This document shows, in pieces, positions 25,491 through 37,870 of a stretch of DNA of 64,000 nucleotides. The stretch covers positions 1,812,960 through 1,876,959 of the forward strand of contig MU059403.1 of assembly GCA_013265495.1 (NCBI GenBank), read 5' to 3'. The first letter of the stretch is position 1. Each line of letters begins with the position of its first letter. This DNA comes from Vicugna vicugna (lineage: Eukaryota). Both the position numbers and the translations under genes were made by a program. The notes beneath the pieces were generated by a model. That model searched no databases. It worked only from the letters and a program-made list of their open reading frames with translations, and had not been told where the DNA came from.

Positions 25491-28353
25491 GCAGTCTCCC
25501 CACCTTTCCTGTCCCGCCCCCGGAAGGGTTACCGGGTGGGCAGAGGTGACACATCTCCCACGTCGGAGGGTTGGGGGCGGTGTCACGTTTCTTCAGGACC
25601 GAGACAGCCAGGGTTTCAGGGGACAGTCAGGGAACTAGGAAGGTTATTACATGTTTTGAGCAAGGCGTTCTCAAAAGAGGTGGCCCTGCAGGTGGAGACC
25701 GTGAGGAACCCCAGACCTTCTGCACCGGGTGTGGCCCTGGGGTCCTGAAGGGACCGTCGTGAAGGGGAGGCTCGGGAGGGGCCTTGTTTACGGGGGCGGG
25801 GGGCGCTGAGCCTCCTCGGTGACCGGAGCCTGCAGTCTGGTGTCCGGGCTCCACCCGCCCGCATCCCTCTCCGCGGGGTCCTGGGCCCTCTGTGGGGCCC
25901 GCTGCCCCTGCCGTGGGGTTCAGAGCCCGTCGGGGGCCCGCCTGCGTCTCCTCCCACGTGTGATTCCGGTGTCGCTGGCGCACTCACCCCTCGCCTCGGT
26001 GGTGTCAGGTATTTTCCTCGTCATGGTTTCTGGTCTTTCTAACAAACTTTAAAATCCACTTGAATGCAGAGGCGATGAGGCGTCTTCCATTTTCTCTCGT
26101 CAGCTTTGAGCCCCACACTCCAGGCCCTTCAGTCACGACGACACAGACAGCCGTGCTGAACAAGAGGCGAAAGTCACGGCCGGCTCGGGGGCACGTGCCT
26201 GGTGGAGCACCTGCCCGGGGGTCCACGGACGCCGTCCTGCCGCCCCGGGTCTCTGCATGAGGAGGCTGCTTTCCACTTTCAAAATTATCCTCGGGAAGCT
26301 TTGAAATACACTTAAAATCCAGCCGCTCCTGACTTGGCGGGAGCCGAGAGCAGCCCCGTGGGGAACTTGAGGGGCCCCGCCTTGTGCAGCCCCAGGTCGA
26401 CGGCACCCCACAGATGGGGTGGAGGGGAGAGCAGGGGTCGGGGGTGGACACGGAGACAGGGCCTGGGGCCAGCCGGGGGCAGGCTCTTTGTGGTTAAACA
26501 GGGTCAGCCCCTCTGGGAAGGTCTCCTGTCACTCTGGGAAAGTGACAGCTACGCAGAGGCGGGGATGGAGAGGGCAGATTCAGGGTCTGGACTTGCAGGC
26601 TGCCCGGGGCCCCGGGGGCCAGCAGACCCCATGTCCGCTGCTCTGGGAGCCCAGAGATCTGGGCATAACAGGGCGGGCCTGACTTACCAAGTCCCAGTCT
26701 CCACCATCGTCTTAGAATGGCCGTGAGCGGCTACATCTGCTAAACATTTTCATGATTATTGAGGAAGTGGCTGCTCTGCTCCCCTAAGTCACACAGGCCC
26801 ATCGCGCCAGGCTCAGCCGGCCCTCTGTGCGCATCTCCCCGTGTTCACACACCGGAGGGGCAGTGAGCCGGTCCCTCTGGGGGGTCTCCTGGGACGTGCA
26901 CCAGCCGGAGGCCCTGGTAAGGGCTCACCACCTCGGAAGCGCAGAGGAGCGCGCTCAGCCCAGAACTCCTGCCCCAGGGAGCTTGTCCCCAGGCTCACAG
27001 CAGCCCCCAGAGCTCAGTGCACCTGGCGGCCACGTGGTGCGGGGCAGACTGTCCACCCTCCAGGAGCTCGGAGGTAGGCGTCCTCACGAGAGACAGGAGT
27101 TAGCAGAGGGGTTTGCGTGGCTGGGGGAGCCTGGCCAGGGTCCGAAGGGCTGGGGGAGGAGTCGCCAGGTGCCTGGAGAACCTGGGACGGAACCAGCCTG
27201 CGTGCTGCACGAGTCGGAGCTGGGAATGGCCCCATGCTGGCAGGGACCTAGGGCTGGTTCCCTAAGGCTGCGCAGGAGAGGGTGAAACTGCGGTCTGCAC
27301 GGCCAGGGGGCCAGACTCAGAACGGAGGGGTTGGGAGCACTTGCGTCTCATGGAGCAGCGGCGTGCTGGGGGTTGCTGTGTGCTCGTGGCATGGGATGGT
27401 TTTCCGAGGGCAAGGACACAGTCAGCAAGGTGCACTGAGACACCGTTTTCTATGAACAACCTGAAGGGAGGGGCGGAGGCCAGGGGCTCGGAGAGACCTC
27501 AGGGGAGGAGCTGCCCAGCCTGGAGACGGGGGGAAGGGGCTGAAGAGAGAAGGAGGCAGGAACGGCCCGGGGGTTGGAGATCAGGTCCCCCTGGGGGACG
27601 CGGTGTCCCTGATGGGACGGTGGGTGGCCGGGTAGGAGGACGACGAGTTTTATTTCAGTGTCTGGTGCTTTTATTTTTTGGCAGGGAACTAGATTCACTT
27701 ATTTATTCCTTGAGGAGGCGCTGGGGATTGGGCCCAGGACCTCGTGCCTGCGACGCGTGTGCGCTACCCCTGAGCTCCCCCTGCCCCCAGGATCTGGTAC
27801 TCTGAGGAGACAGAATTCTCTGGGTCCCAGCACAACTCAGAGACGTGTCTCAGCACCATGGCGGGGGGCCCGCAGGGGCACGGGAAGCAGCCCCTGCCCC
27901 GCGCGCCGCGGGACCCTGACTGCGGGCGGCCCCTCCGCCCCTTGCCTTGCGGCAAAGCAGGTCAAGTCAGTTCATCTCCGACACCTGAGGAGGTGGGAGC
28001 GTCTCTCCTTCCCACAGCATGACGAAGCTGAACACGCCGAGAACCCGTGGTCTCCCGACCCCGTTACAGAGCTGCGGCCACAGGTGAAACAGCCGGGAGC
28101 CGCAGGGCGGCGGGCAGGCCAGTCCGCAGGGGCGCAGCCGGGCCAGCGACAGCGTTGCAGTGGGGTCTGCACAGGGGCCTGGGCGCCGGGCACGGCCCGC
28201 GTGAGGCTGCGCGGCCGGGCTGCGGGGGCGGGAGCCCCGCGGCTTCCCAAGCTTTACCCTCCGGTGTCTCACCGGCTCCTCACGGTGAAAAGAAGAGAAG
28301 ACCCTCGTCCTTCTGGGAGGGGCTGGTGTGAGGAAACCATTTTGAAATTTGCC

Positions 28354-28727
28354 GCCATGGGCTGAGTTGGGTTTCCCCAAAATTCTTAATTTCACGTGTA
28401 ACCCCCAGCACAGCAGTGGGACTGGGTTTGGAGCCGGGCCGTTAAGTAGGTGATGACGGCAGAGTGAGGTCTCCAGAGCGGCCTCAAGCCCGTGACTGGC
28501 GCCCCACAAGAGGAGGAGGTCAGGACACCGACACACACCGAGGGACAACCATGTGAGGGCAAGGAGGGGATGGCGTCTGGACACCAGGACAGAGGCCCCA
28601 GGAGAAGCAACCTGCCCACATCAGGAGGGGCTTTCGGGCTCCCAGGCTCCAGACTGTGAGAGAACAGGTGCCTGTCGCTCAAGCTCTGGTCTGTGGGGTT
28701 TGTCAAATGCACAACCCAGAACTTTCT
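28354..28727 (+). mobile_element. MaLR solo LTR (MLT1A/B-like)
   Basis: starts 'ccatgggctgagttgggtttccccaaaattc'; internal 'ccatgtgagggcaagg', 'ggagaagcaacctgccc', 'ggctccagactgtgagagaacagg', 'gtctgtggggtttgt'. Confidence 0.8.
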
Positions 28728-29049
28728 AGATAGAAGAGGGCAGCTTCCAGGGACAAAGATTTGCCAGAGCCTCACCGAACTCGGGATGAAAGAGATTACC
28801 CAGTACCCGCCCCTTTGCCCTCCTGCCACCGAGGGGGCTGGGGCCCGGGGCACTTGTGAGGTCACAGCCCAGGGCCACACATCCTCTAAAGGGAGGAGAG
28901 TCAATCATCAGGCTTTAGAAAGTTAACTCGTCACCACGTTGACAGGACCGAGTTCACGACGGTGGAATACAGTGTGCAGACTGTTTACAGAGTCTCAGAG
29001 AGGCTGCGAGACAGTGACGAGGACCCTGGAGGGAACAGGGGCCCCTCAC

Positions 29050-30745
29050 AACACAGCCCCGCCATCAGCGTAGAAACTCACACAGAAGCCTGTCTGTCTC
29101 AGTCCCTGTTACCTAATACATCAGGTCCAGCTTTTGACAGAAGAATTCAAGTCATGATAAATGGGAAGGAGAAAACACAGCATGAAGACGCAGAGCCAGC
29201 ACTGAGACCCAACTCAGCCACGACACAGATTTTGGAATTACCCGACAGGGAACTCACAATAACCATGACTGATTCGTTAGGGCTCTAACCTGGGCAGCAT
29301 GTCAAACAGGTGGGTGGTGCCGGCAGAGAGGCGGAAGCTCTAAGAAGGTGTCCAAACAAAAGCTGGAGACCAAAACTCTGCAGCAGAAACGACAAATGCG
29401 TCCGACTCGGTAGGGCGAGCAGGGCCAGGGAAGGACCCGCGAGCTTGAATCAGGCCCAAGCAGAAAAACAAAGAGGTAGAAGAGTGGAGACAGGCAGACA
29501 GACAAAGAGGACAGGTTATCCAGGCAGCACAGGGCATGTGAAGGAGGCAGTGGAGGGAAGGAGGAGAAAACAGAGCAGGATGTTTAAAGTGATCATAGCA
29601 GCTGGGAATTTTCCAGATTTAATGACAGACACCAAACTGGGAATCCAGGAAGTTCACAGAACACCAAGCAGGGTAAACACTAAAAAACCTACACCTTGGA
29701 AACTCACATTCAAACTGCAGAAAACCAAAGATGAAGAGAAACCCCTGAAAGAGCCAGAGGGAAAAAAATCCTAACGTGTGAGGAAGCAAGAATGGATGAG
29801 AATCCACGGAAATTCTCGTCAGAGCCACACGGCAGGAGCAGAGGGGAGGGAGATGCTTAGGATGTTTGAACAAAACAAAACAGAATTCAATACCTGTTAA
29901 ATTATCCTTATAAGCAGAGGAGAAGCAGAAAACTTTCTCAGAGGAACAAAAAGTTAGGCAATTCATCTCCAGTACCCCTGCCCTGCAAGGAACATTCAAA
30001 GAAATGAGAAGGAAGGAAGCTGATTCGGGTCAGAAACTCACGTCTGCGTAAACGGAGGGGTGTTTCCTCATCTACCAGAGAACAGTCTGTTCAAAGCAAC
30101 AGCGGTGACAACCTGGGGACTAAGATATGGACCAGCAAAATGAACGACCGGTGCAGCCAGGGAAGGGAGGGGCAGACGGGAAGTCCCCTCGCGCCCCAGG
30201 AAGCGCTGCAGGGCGCCCGAGCGTGGCCCGGGTTAGCTGTAAATGAGTCCTCACACTTAGGACGAGCATTAAAAACCCATTTGAGAGAAATGTAATGAAT
30301 GTGCTGAGACAGAGAGAAAATGAGGTTACAGAAAGTGCTCAGCTAAAACCAGAGAAGGCAGAAAAAGACAAGAAACAGAGAACAGACGTAGGGAGTGGAA
30401 GACGGTCACAAACTGGTAGACGTTAGTCCAAGCATGTCAGCCATCATTTTGAACATCAGTGGTCTAATCACAAGACAAATTAAACCACCTAAAAGGTAAA
30501 CGCTGCCAGAATAAAGGAGAACAGTAAAACAGTAATGGGCCCGAATACACACCATCCACGGGGCCCCCGCACACGTGGGCACAGAGATGAACTGAGTCCC
30601 GGGTGCAGACGGGTGCGCACGCTAATGGGACGAGAAGAGGCTGGAGCCGCTGTGTGACTTCCGACAAAGTGACTTTAAAGAGCATCGTGGCATTCCAGAC
30701 CGGGGAAGGGACGGTGATTTGCTCAGCGGTTCTGCTGAGTTCTGG
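29050..30745 (+). mobile_element. old LINE-1 (L1MC/MD-like): ORF1, inter-ORF and start of ORF2
   Basis: ORF 29310..29774 contains FKVIIAAGNFPDLMTDTKLGIQEVHRTPSRVNTKKPTPWKLTFKLQKTKDEEKPLK (ORF1p); 30640-30680 'gctggagccgctgtgtgacttccgacaaagtgactt' corresponds to ORF2 AGVAILISDK.DF. Confidence 0.88.
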
Positions 30746-32333
30746 CAGAGCAACTCAATACCGTGTGTTGGAAAATGCAGAATAAAGGGAGCGTGTTTTT
30801 GTAAGAAACCCGAAGGGAAGTACATGAACAGGAGCCCTTATTCCAGTCTCTTTAGTATAACGTTTGAAACAACAGGGTTTGCTGCCCTCAGGCCACTGAC
30901 CCAGGGGCGTGAGAAGGTCGCCTCCCTCCCTGGCACTGACCGACCCTCCAGGACGGCCGCTCTCCGCACCGAACACACTGTGTTCGGGGACCCTCTGAGC
31001 CCAGGCAAACCCGGACCGCCGGTCGGCTGCCTGCAGGTGCTGGGCTGCGACCTTCTCTTGTACACACGCTGCGGGGCGGCGTCCCCTTGCTCTCGTCAGG
31101 TCACTAGCTGTCGGTCGGCCACTTGTCCCTCCTGCAGCCTATTCCCTGGTACCCAGCGCGGATCAGTGACCACGACAGGAGCCAGCACCTCCTGGCGGGA
31201 AGCTCTCTTCCTAGAAAGTTCCTTTTTCAAAATTTTATAGAAAGGGACCAAGCGTTTGGCACTGTTCCCCAAACAACCTGAGTCGGGAAATGCTAAAATC
31301 TCTTCCTGGGATCTCTTAGTTTCTACTCACCGTGGCCTCGGCCCTTCAGAGCCTGACCAGCTGCTGGGGAGTAACTGCCCCTGGAGGCCATCAGGTGCAG
31401 CCCTGAATGAGCGGCAGCCCCCACACTGCCTCCAACCACCTTGCCCACCAACTAGGTGCTGGGTGGTCGCGGCACGTCCCCCCAGACACCCCCTTTATGC
31501 AGACTCATCTGGAAGGAAGGCGACAACGGGCAGTGGTGGCTCCGCAACACACCAAGTGTGAGATGAATTTCTTAAGTTAGGACTCTGGGGGGAGTTAAAT
31601 AATTTCTTAGTCTTTTCTTTCTAAGAAAAATCACCCACATGGATGAGAACCCTGGAAGACTATGCCTCATCCTGAATTTTACATTTTTTCCCTGTGGACC
31701 TGAGCGTGCTGTTTTGAGATTTTAGGAGCAGAATCCTCCCCCAGGGACTTAACTAGAAACGATCTGCTTTTAAGTCACTGCACTTTTCATCTCTGATGCC
31801 CGCCACATGCTCGGTCTGCTCAGCCTCTCCTGGTCTGCTCTCCAAAACGCTCTCTGGCCCCGCCATGCCATCCTCCCTGGGCAGTCATGCCAGCCAGGCT
31901 CACAGAGCCAGTCAATCTGATGAACTCCTAGGACACTGGTCCCTCCAGGTGCGGGCCACCTGAAGGAGGAGCTTTTAGAGGCAGGTGGCCCTCAAGCTGC
32001 TGGTGGTTGGCCAAGGAGGTGTGTTCCGGCAGCTGCGGTATGAGCCCGTTCTAGGCTCACGTCTTATTTTAGGTGCTTTCTGCGTTGTGTGCAATGCACC
32101 GGTCCTGCAAAGTGTCATTGCTAAGGCTCTGCAATGGGTCAGAAGGAGACCTGAGCTGGACGTCCCGTCCAGGAGCGGGTCAGAGCGTGGACACCAGGGA
32201 GCCGGGTTTGGCTGCTCAGGGAGATCAGCGCTGCTGTGTCACAGGCGCCAAGTACAAGTAGCCATAAGCCAAAACTCCTTGGATTGAGACCGAAGTCAGC
32301 GTGCACGGCTTGGGCTGGAGACACAGCCCCCAC

Positions 32334-32486
32334 GCTGCGCTGCAGGTGTGCTGTAAGCCTAGTAGGACGAGTGCGACAGGGAGACGCTGCCTGTCTTCCA
32401 GAGGGGCTGCACCTCCGGCTGCTGCGAGAGGAACATTGTATCTCATCTGGAAATTCTTTACGGGGTTCTGCGGACAATCCTACAGA
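32334..32486 (-). CDS. candidate exon, 153 nt (SVGLSAEPRKEFPDEIQCSSRSSRRCSPSGRQAASPCRTRPTRLTAHLQRS)
   Basis: strong acceptor ctctgtttcctttccatcag|, open in phase 0; donor |gtgggg is weak. Confidence 0.25.
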
Positions 32487-33533
32487 CTGATGGAAAGGAA
32501 ACAGAGTAACCGAATGACTGTTGAAACTCTCCGGGTATTGTCTACACTGACGTTCCTCTGATCCGGGTAAGATCTGTCCCATGTTTGCCTCCCAGACACG
32601 GAAAAGACACTTGGGGATAAACATCTGACTTTTTTTTTTTCTATGGAGAAGAGTTGATGGAGAAAGAGGACGATGGGAGAGAGAAAGGGAGGGACGATGG
32701 ATGGGGTCACGTCCTCACGCAGCTGACCTGCTGCAGGTGCTCGGTGCACGTGCCTCCGGTGGAGAGCAACTTGTTGCGCACTTCGCAGAATTAACTCACC
32801 ACTAACTGACCATCCAGTCACCAGTTCCATTTTCTCAACGTACATCATGAATGTTTTTAAAAAATGATACACATGAAAAAGACACACCTTCCTAAAAACG
32901 TGTATTTTAATCACTGTAATAAAACAGCAAACACACAGCAGAGCTGACTGGATGGTGACTGCTGGGAAACCTAACCCACCCGCCCACCAGAGAAGGTTCA
33001 GGAATCGCTGAGCTGGTCAGAGAAGTTTCTAAAAGGACTCTTCAAACTGCGTCTAAATAGAGAAAATTGTACTGCGGGAGCTTACCAATGTCAATTTCAA
33101 CATTTACAAGTATAAAGTTCAAGTTATAATAAATGGAAAGTTCAAGAAATATTCCAAATTACTGCCTCATGTTGGTATCTGTCCATTATTAACGGCTGGG
33201 GGTAAGTGATGGCAGTTAAGCACATTTTTTGGTAACCTACATATCCAGGAGTTAGATGTATTTAGAGATGATGCAAACTTTTGGAGCATGAGCCAAAGAA
33301 AGTCATACTAAATCCAATACTGAAATTAAATTTAACCAAGTGCTTTATCCCAGCATCTGTTTCCTATCCAGTTCTGCAGATCGGACTGGGTACTAAAATT
33401 CTAAACGTGAGCCAGGCTTTGCCTCATCCTTTACAGGACGGTCTTGCACAAATCTCCTCGAGCGCCTCCGTCGGCTTCCTTGGTGGAGCGACAGTGGTAG
33501 GAACGGGCTCAGGAGAGTGCGCTGAGAACTCAC

Positions 33534-33602
33534 CACGTCATGGAGGGTGGAAGGACGCAGCTCGCAGCCCGAGACTTCCCTCAGCCTCCCTCGTGGGTCC
33601 AT
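33534..33602 (-). CDS. candidate first coding segment (MDPRGRLREVSGCELRPSTLHDV)
   Basis: ATG at 33602, donor GTG|gtgagt after 23 codons; joins in phase to 32334-32486. Confidence 0.22.
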
Positions 33603-34367
33603 TCGTTCCTCAGGGCAGTTGACGTCATCTTGATTTTATCAAAGCTGCTGTGCAAGCAGCTTTGGGAACACTCCTCAGACCCCCGTGTGGTCGGAGCCCC
33701 TGAGACCCTCCAGGCAGACGTTCCAGAGCCGCGATAGCTGAGCCCCCTCTTCCGCCTGGTGGGAGCCACGCGACCTCGGGCAGGGTCACTGACCGCTGTG
33801 TGCCTCCGTCCCCTCTTCGGTACTGTTACTTCCCTCGTAGACTTGTTGTTTTGGCAGGGACTGAGCGAGCAAGTCGCGTAAAACACTTACCACGGGGTCC
33901 GGCGCTGACGAGTGATGCTGACTGTCAACGTTATTGCTTTCACTGTTATCAGGGAACAGACGTGGGCGGGATGGGTCAGAGCGGTGGGTGGTGGGCCCAG
34001 AGGAGGGGAGGCGCGCTGAGAAGTATTGTCCTGGCGCTCACCTTTGACCTTGGGAGTCCTCACAGCAGAAAGGCTGTGCACGCAGCCTGGTGTCCGCTGC
34101 GGTCTGCAAATGCTCGTTCTCTGCAAAGCTGTTTCGCTCTTCTCTGAGCTCCCGTCGCTCCTGCGTGTGGCCCTAAGCTGTCTGAACTTTGTGGTAGTCC
34201 GTCTTGGCTGTTTCCTTGCGCTCACTTCTGTGCTCACAGGTCAGCTTGGATGAGCCTCCTTCACCCCGGGAACGGTCCAGTCTCACCTTCTCCGTGAGCC
34301 CCATCCTCCAAGCATCACGGCGGCGGGCGTCCAGCAAGCGCTCAGGGAGTGCACCGCGCGGACTTAC

Positions 34368-34393
34368 TCGTGGCAGTTACACTGGCCAGTTCC
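34368..34393 (-). other. candidate 26-nt exon (probably 5' UTR)
   Basis: ccctgtcctag| ... CGA|gtaagt. Confidence 0.2.
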
Positions 34394-35479
34394 CTAGGAC
34401 AGGGCTTGGTTACGAGGGAACAACCTCAGGGCAGGGCCCAGGCTCTGACGTAGTGGTCCACCCGCTTACTAGTGGGTGATTATCCTGCGCTGCCGTGAAC
34501 CGGCCGGCCGATCACTCAGTACCCACCGATCACACGCACGTTCATTTCTTCATTAACTTCTCCGACAGCTTCCTCACTGAGGCCCGGCTGAGATGGGCAC
34601 TGTACTCGGAATCGGGGTAGACAGGTTAGAGCTGAAGGTCATGTTGTCATGGAGTCAGATGTGAAAATAAAATTCAGATGAGACTTCTCCATTCCACGAG
34701 GAAACGAATGCGGTCCCAGCTGAGCTGCAGTCCTTGGGGGCTGTTCCTCTGATGGGCGGTGAGGGATCTGCCGTGAGCGTGAGAGGAGGGAGGGGAGCGG
34801 CTGTAGAGACAGGCAGGGGCTTCTGTAGGGTCTTCACAACCTGTAAAAAAGATCGGGCTCTAGTCCACAGGAAAGGGAGCCAGGGAAGATCGCACAAGCC
34901 TGCGAGAGCTCGGCAGCCTTGCCCGCTGACAGGGCGCCCTGCAGACAAGGAGGGCGTGGTGGGGGCACAGGGACTGGAGTCTGGGCGTCGGGGGGGCGGG
35001 CTCTCCAGCGGTCTGGACTGCGGCCACAGCATCCTGTGAGGGTGATGCCGGGGTAGCTCTGACAGGTCCACGAGCAGCAGATGCCCGTGGTTCATATACA
35101 AACCATCCCTACAGCGTCGGGAAGGAGAAGAGAAGATGTGAACGTGTCAGCCTCCCCCGGGGCCCCACGGCATGGGCGAGCACCGACCGCAGACAGACCG
35201 GCCTGTCGGCAAATTATGGAAGACAAGGCCGGTGGGGCTGGGACAGCGACTGGGGGCCGTGAGGACGTGTAGACGAGGCGCCAGGTGTCCAGTAAGAAAT
35301 TTATTGCCCCCAGACAGCAGTCAAACACTTCAGTTTTAATTGTGTAAAATATGCCCTGTGTTGTAGTAACACTTCATTCACGTAAACATGGAACCGAAAC
35401 CTCTTGGAGGAAGGAGACAAGAAGTTTATAGGGAAAGCTCGGCGCCACCCAGAGGGAGTGTGTGCGTGTGTCTCGGCCC

Positions 35480-37870
35480 CCGGGAAAGGCCTTGGTTTCC
35501 CCAGACGCAGGTCACAGAGCCCGGGCCCTGCACTCGGGCTCCAGCGCGCGCTGCGGGGGGCGGGTCCTGACGTGGCTCACGCGGCGCCGCCCCGCTGCGC
35601 CTCGGCTTGTCTCGTTCGTGAGCCCGGAGGGGCGCAGAGCCCCCGCGGAGCGGACGGCGAGGGCTGGCCCCCCCACCCCGACCCCGCAGGCCCGCGCCCT
35701 GGGGGCCCGTCCCGGGGCCGCGCGGCTCGCCTCGCGCGCGGGACGCGGCGTGTTTGCCAGACTTCACGGGCCCGCGAAGCAAGTGCTTGCGGCCTGAGGC
35801 CCACGCCTTACGGCCGGCAGTTAGTGGCAGCCGACCAGGCCTCCTGCACACGCGGGAGCTCGGCTCTCCTCCTGTTCTCTGAGCGGAGAGACATTAAAGC
35901 AGGGAGGTCCCCGTGGGCGCCCGAGGAGACGCGCGCGGCGCGGGGCGGGGGTCCGGGCCTGTTAGCGGTGACCGCAGCAGGCGCCGGCCCCCAGGGCTCG
36001 GTGAGGCCTGGAGCGCCCGTCCGGCTTCAAAGCTGCGAATCTGTTGCGTCCTCCCGCACGTAAGCGGACGCTCGCTTTCACCCTGACGGTCGCTGCCCTT
36101 CGGCCTCATTTCTCGCAGAGGGCTCCCTAAGTCATCGGCGGCAGAGCCTGGGCCCACGGGGAGGACAGTCATGCAACTGCAGACGCATCAGGTGCGGAGG
36201 CGCGGAGGACGTGCCGCCGTGACGCTGGGCACCGAGCGGCCGGCGGCCTCGGGACGCGCGGCGGGGAGGGAACCCGAGGGCGGCGGCCGGAGCGGCTTCC
36301 GCGACGAGGCAGCGCCCCCTGGAGGCCGCGCCGCGCCGTGCCGGCAGCTCCGAGGACGCTGCTGGGGGACACCCAGCCGCCGGCGCTTGTCCTGCGGCTC
36401 CGGTCCACAGGAGCTGAAGGAGCAAACACATTCCCCTGCTGCTTGCGGGAGGGGTTAACTGCTCACCTGCTGTTTCCTGGGCTGCGAGCAGAGAGCTGCT
36501 CGGCTTCCTCCCCTCTGCTGGCAGGAGCCGCAGAGCCAAAGGTCCCGGGACCGCAGTTCAGGCGCCGGACGGAAGGGTGCCCCCGCTTCTGCGCTCTGGG
36601 CTGGGCCAGCTCCACCCCGAGCAGATCTGCCGCGAAACCCGAGCTGCCGGTCCCGCCCTCCTGGTCCTGCTCACCTGCGACCCGTTGGCCCAGGTCACCG
36701 TGAGCTCCCCATCCAAGCGGGGGCGGGTTCAGATTCGGCAGGTCTGGCCTTGCTCCTGCCTGTCTCACTTGCAGGCCTCTGGGAAAGTCATTTGCTCCTT
36801 TTGAACCTGCGTGTGTGTGTTGTAATTTTTAAATGAGGGCGACAGTCCTCCCTGCTGGGACGGTTTGGAAAGTCAAGAGAGGACAGTGTGAGGGTCGGGC
36901 AGAGGGAGGGACCCCGACGCACTGCGGCCACAGCCTGGGCACCGGGCGTGGGGAAGCCGGCGACGGCCCCTCCGATGCTGCGGGCAAGGCTCACACGTGC
37001 CTCTGGGGTAAATATTTGCTCCTTCGGGGCTGCTGCCACCAGCCAGCCCGGGTGCATTATTTCTGGAGTCAGAGCTCCAGGCCGGACTCGTGAGTCATGG
37101 CTGGTGAGGCCATGGCCTTCTGGGGACAGTGGTGGTGACCCACGTCTCTTTTGGGGGGACACAACATGGGCCCTCTCTAGCCCCGCCCCGGCCAGCGGCA
37201 AAGAGCCCATTGTTGTCGGCTGCACAGACGCTCTCAGCCGCGGGCACGATCCTGGCCCTGCGCTTCATCCTCGGAGACGAATAGCCCGTCTGTCGGTGGG
37301 ACACGGGGACCGCTTTCATTTCCGACCAGAGTGTCCTCCCACGAAGACGCCGTTGACGTCCGGGGCGAGATTCACCACCTGAGGACCTGGGGAGGGGCGG
37401 GGTGACCTGGGGAGGGGCGGGGTGACCTGGGGGGAGCAGGGGTGACCTGGGGAGGAGCGGGGTGGCCTCAAGCAGAAACGCGCGCTTCTGGGAACTGTTA
37501 TTCATGGGCTGCTCGCAGATCGACCCCGTGACGTGCCCGTGCTGCTTCCAGTAAGTGGACACGGCGACCGGGGGCCCCAGGGGTGGCCGAGGGCTGCGCC
37601 TGCACTGACAAGGTTTACGCCCGGAGCCGCCGGGGGGTCTGAGGCGCCTCCAGGCTCATTCGCAGGGCTGCTCGCGTCGTCTCCGTGTGGGATGCAAGGT
37701 TCTCCCAGGCAGCCGGGCGACAGGAGCCGCGGAAGCAGGCGGCACCCAAGCCCCGCCCCGCCGGAGCCGGGAAAGACGCGTTGGCTGCGGGGCTCCGTGG
37801 GCCTCCGTCGTCTACTTCCCCCTGCTCCTCCTTTTCTTTCTTCCTTTCTTTTTCCATCTCCGTAAAAAGC
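35480..37870. promoter_or_regulatory. CpG island 2 (core about 35.5-36.5 kb, CpG-rich to about 37.9 kb), probable promoter
   Basis: very high CpG density; donor-like sites on both strands (plus: CAC|gtaagc near 36060, ATGCAACTGCAGACGCATCAG|gtgcgg near 36171-36191; minus: CAG|gtgagc near 36476 and 36676). Confidence 0.8.
37381..37465. repeat. 20-bp G-rich tandem repeat, about 4 copies (GGTGACCTGGGGAGGGGCGG)
   Basis: units in register at 37381, 37401, 37421 and 37441. Confidence 0.92.

Noticed and set aside
33630-33680. CLHSSFD resemblance to MCPH1 (GLHSSFDD)
   Set aside because: Six-residue match only; no BRCT-domain exons seen
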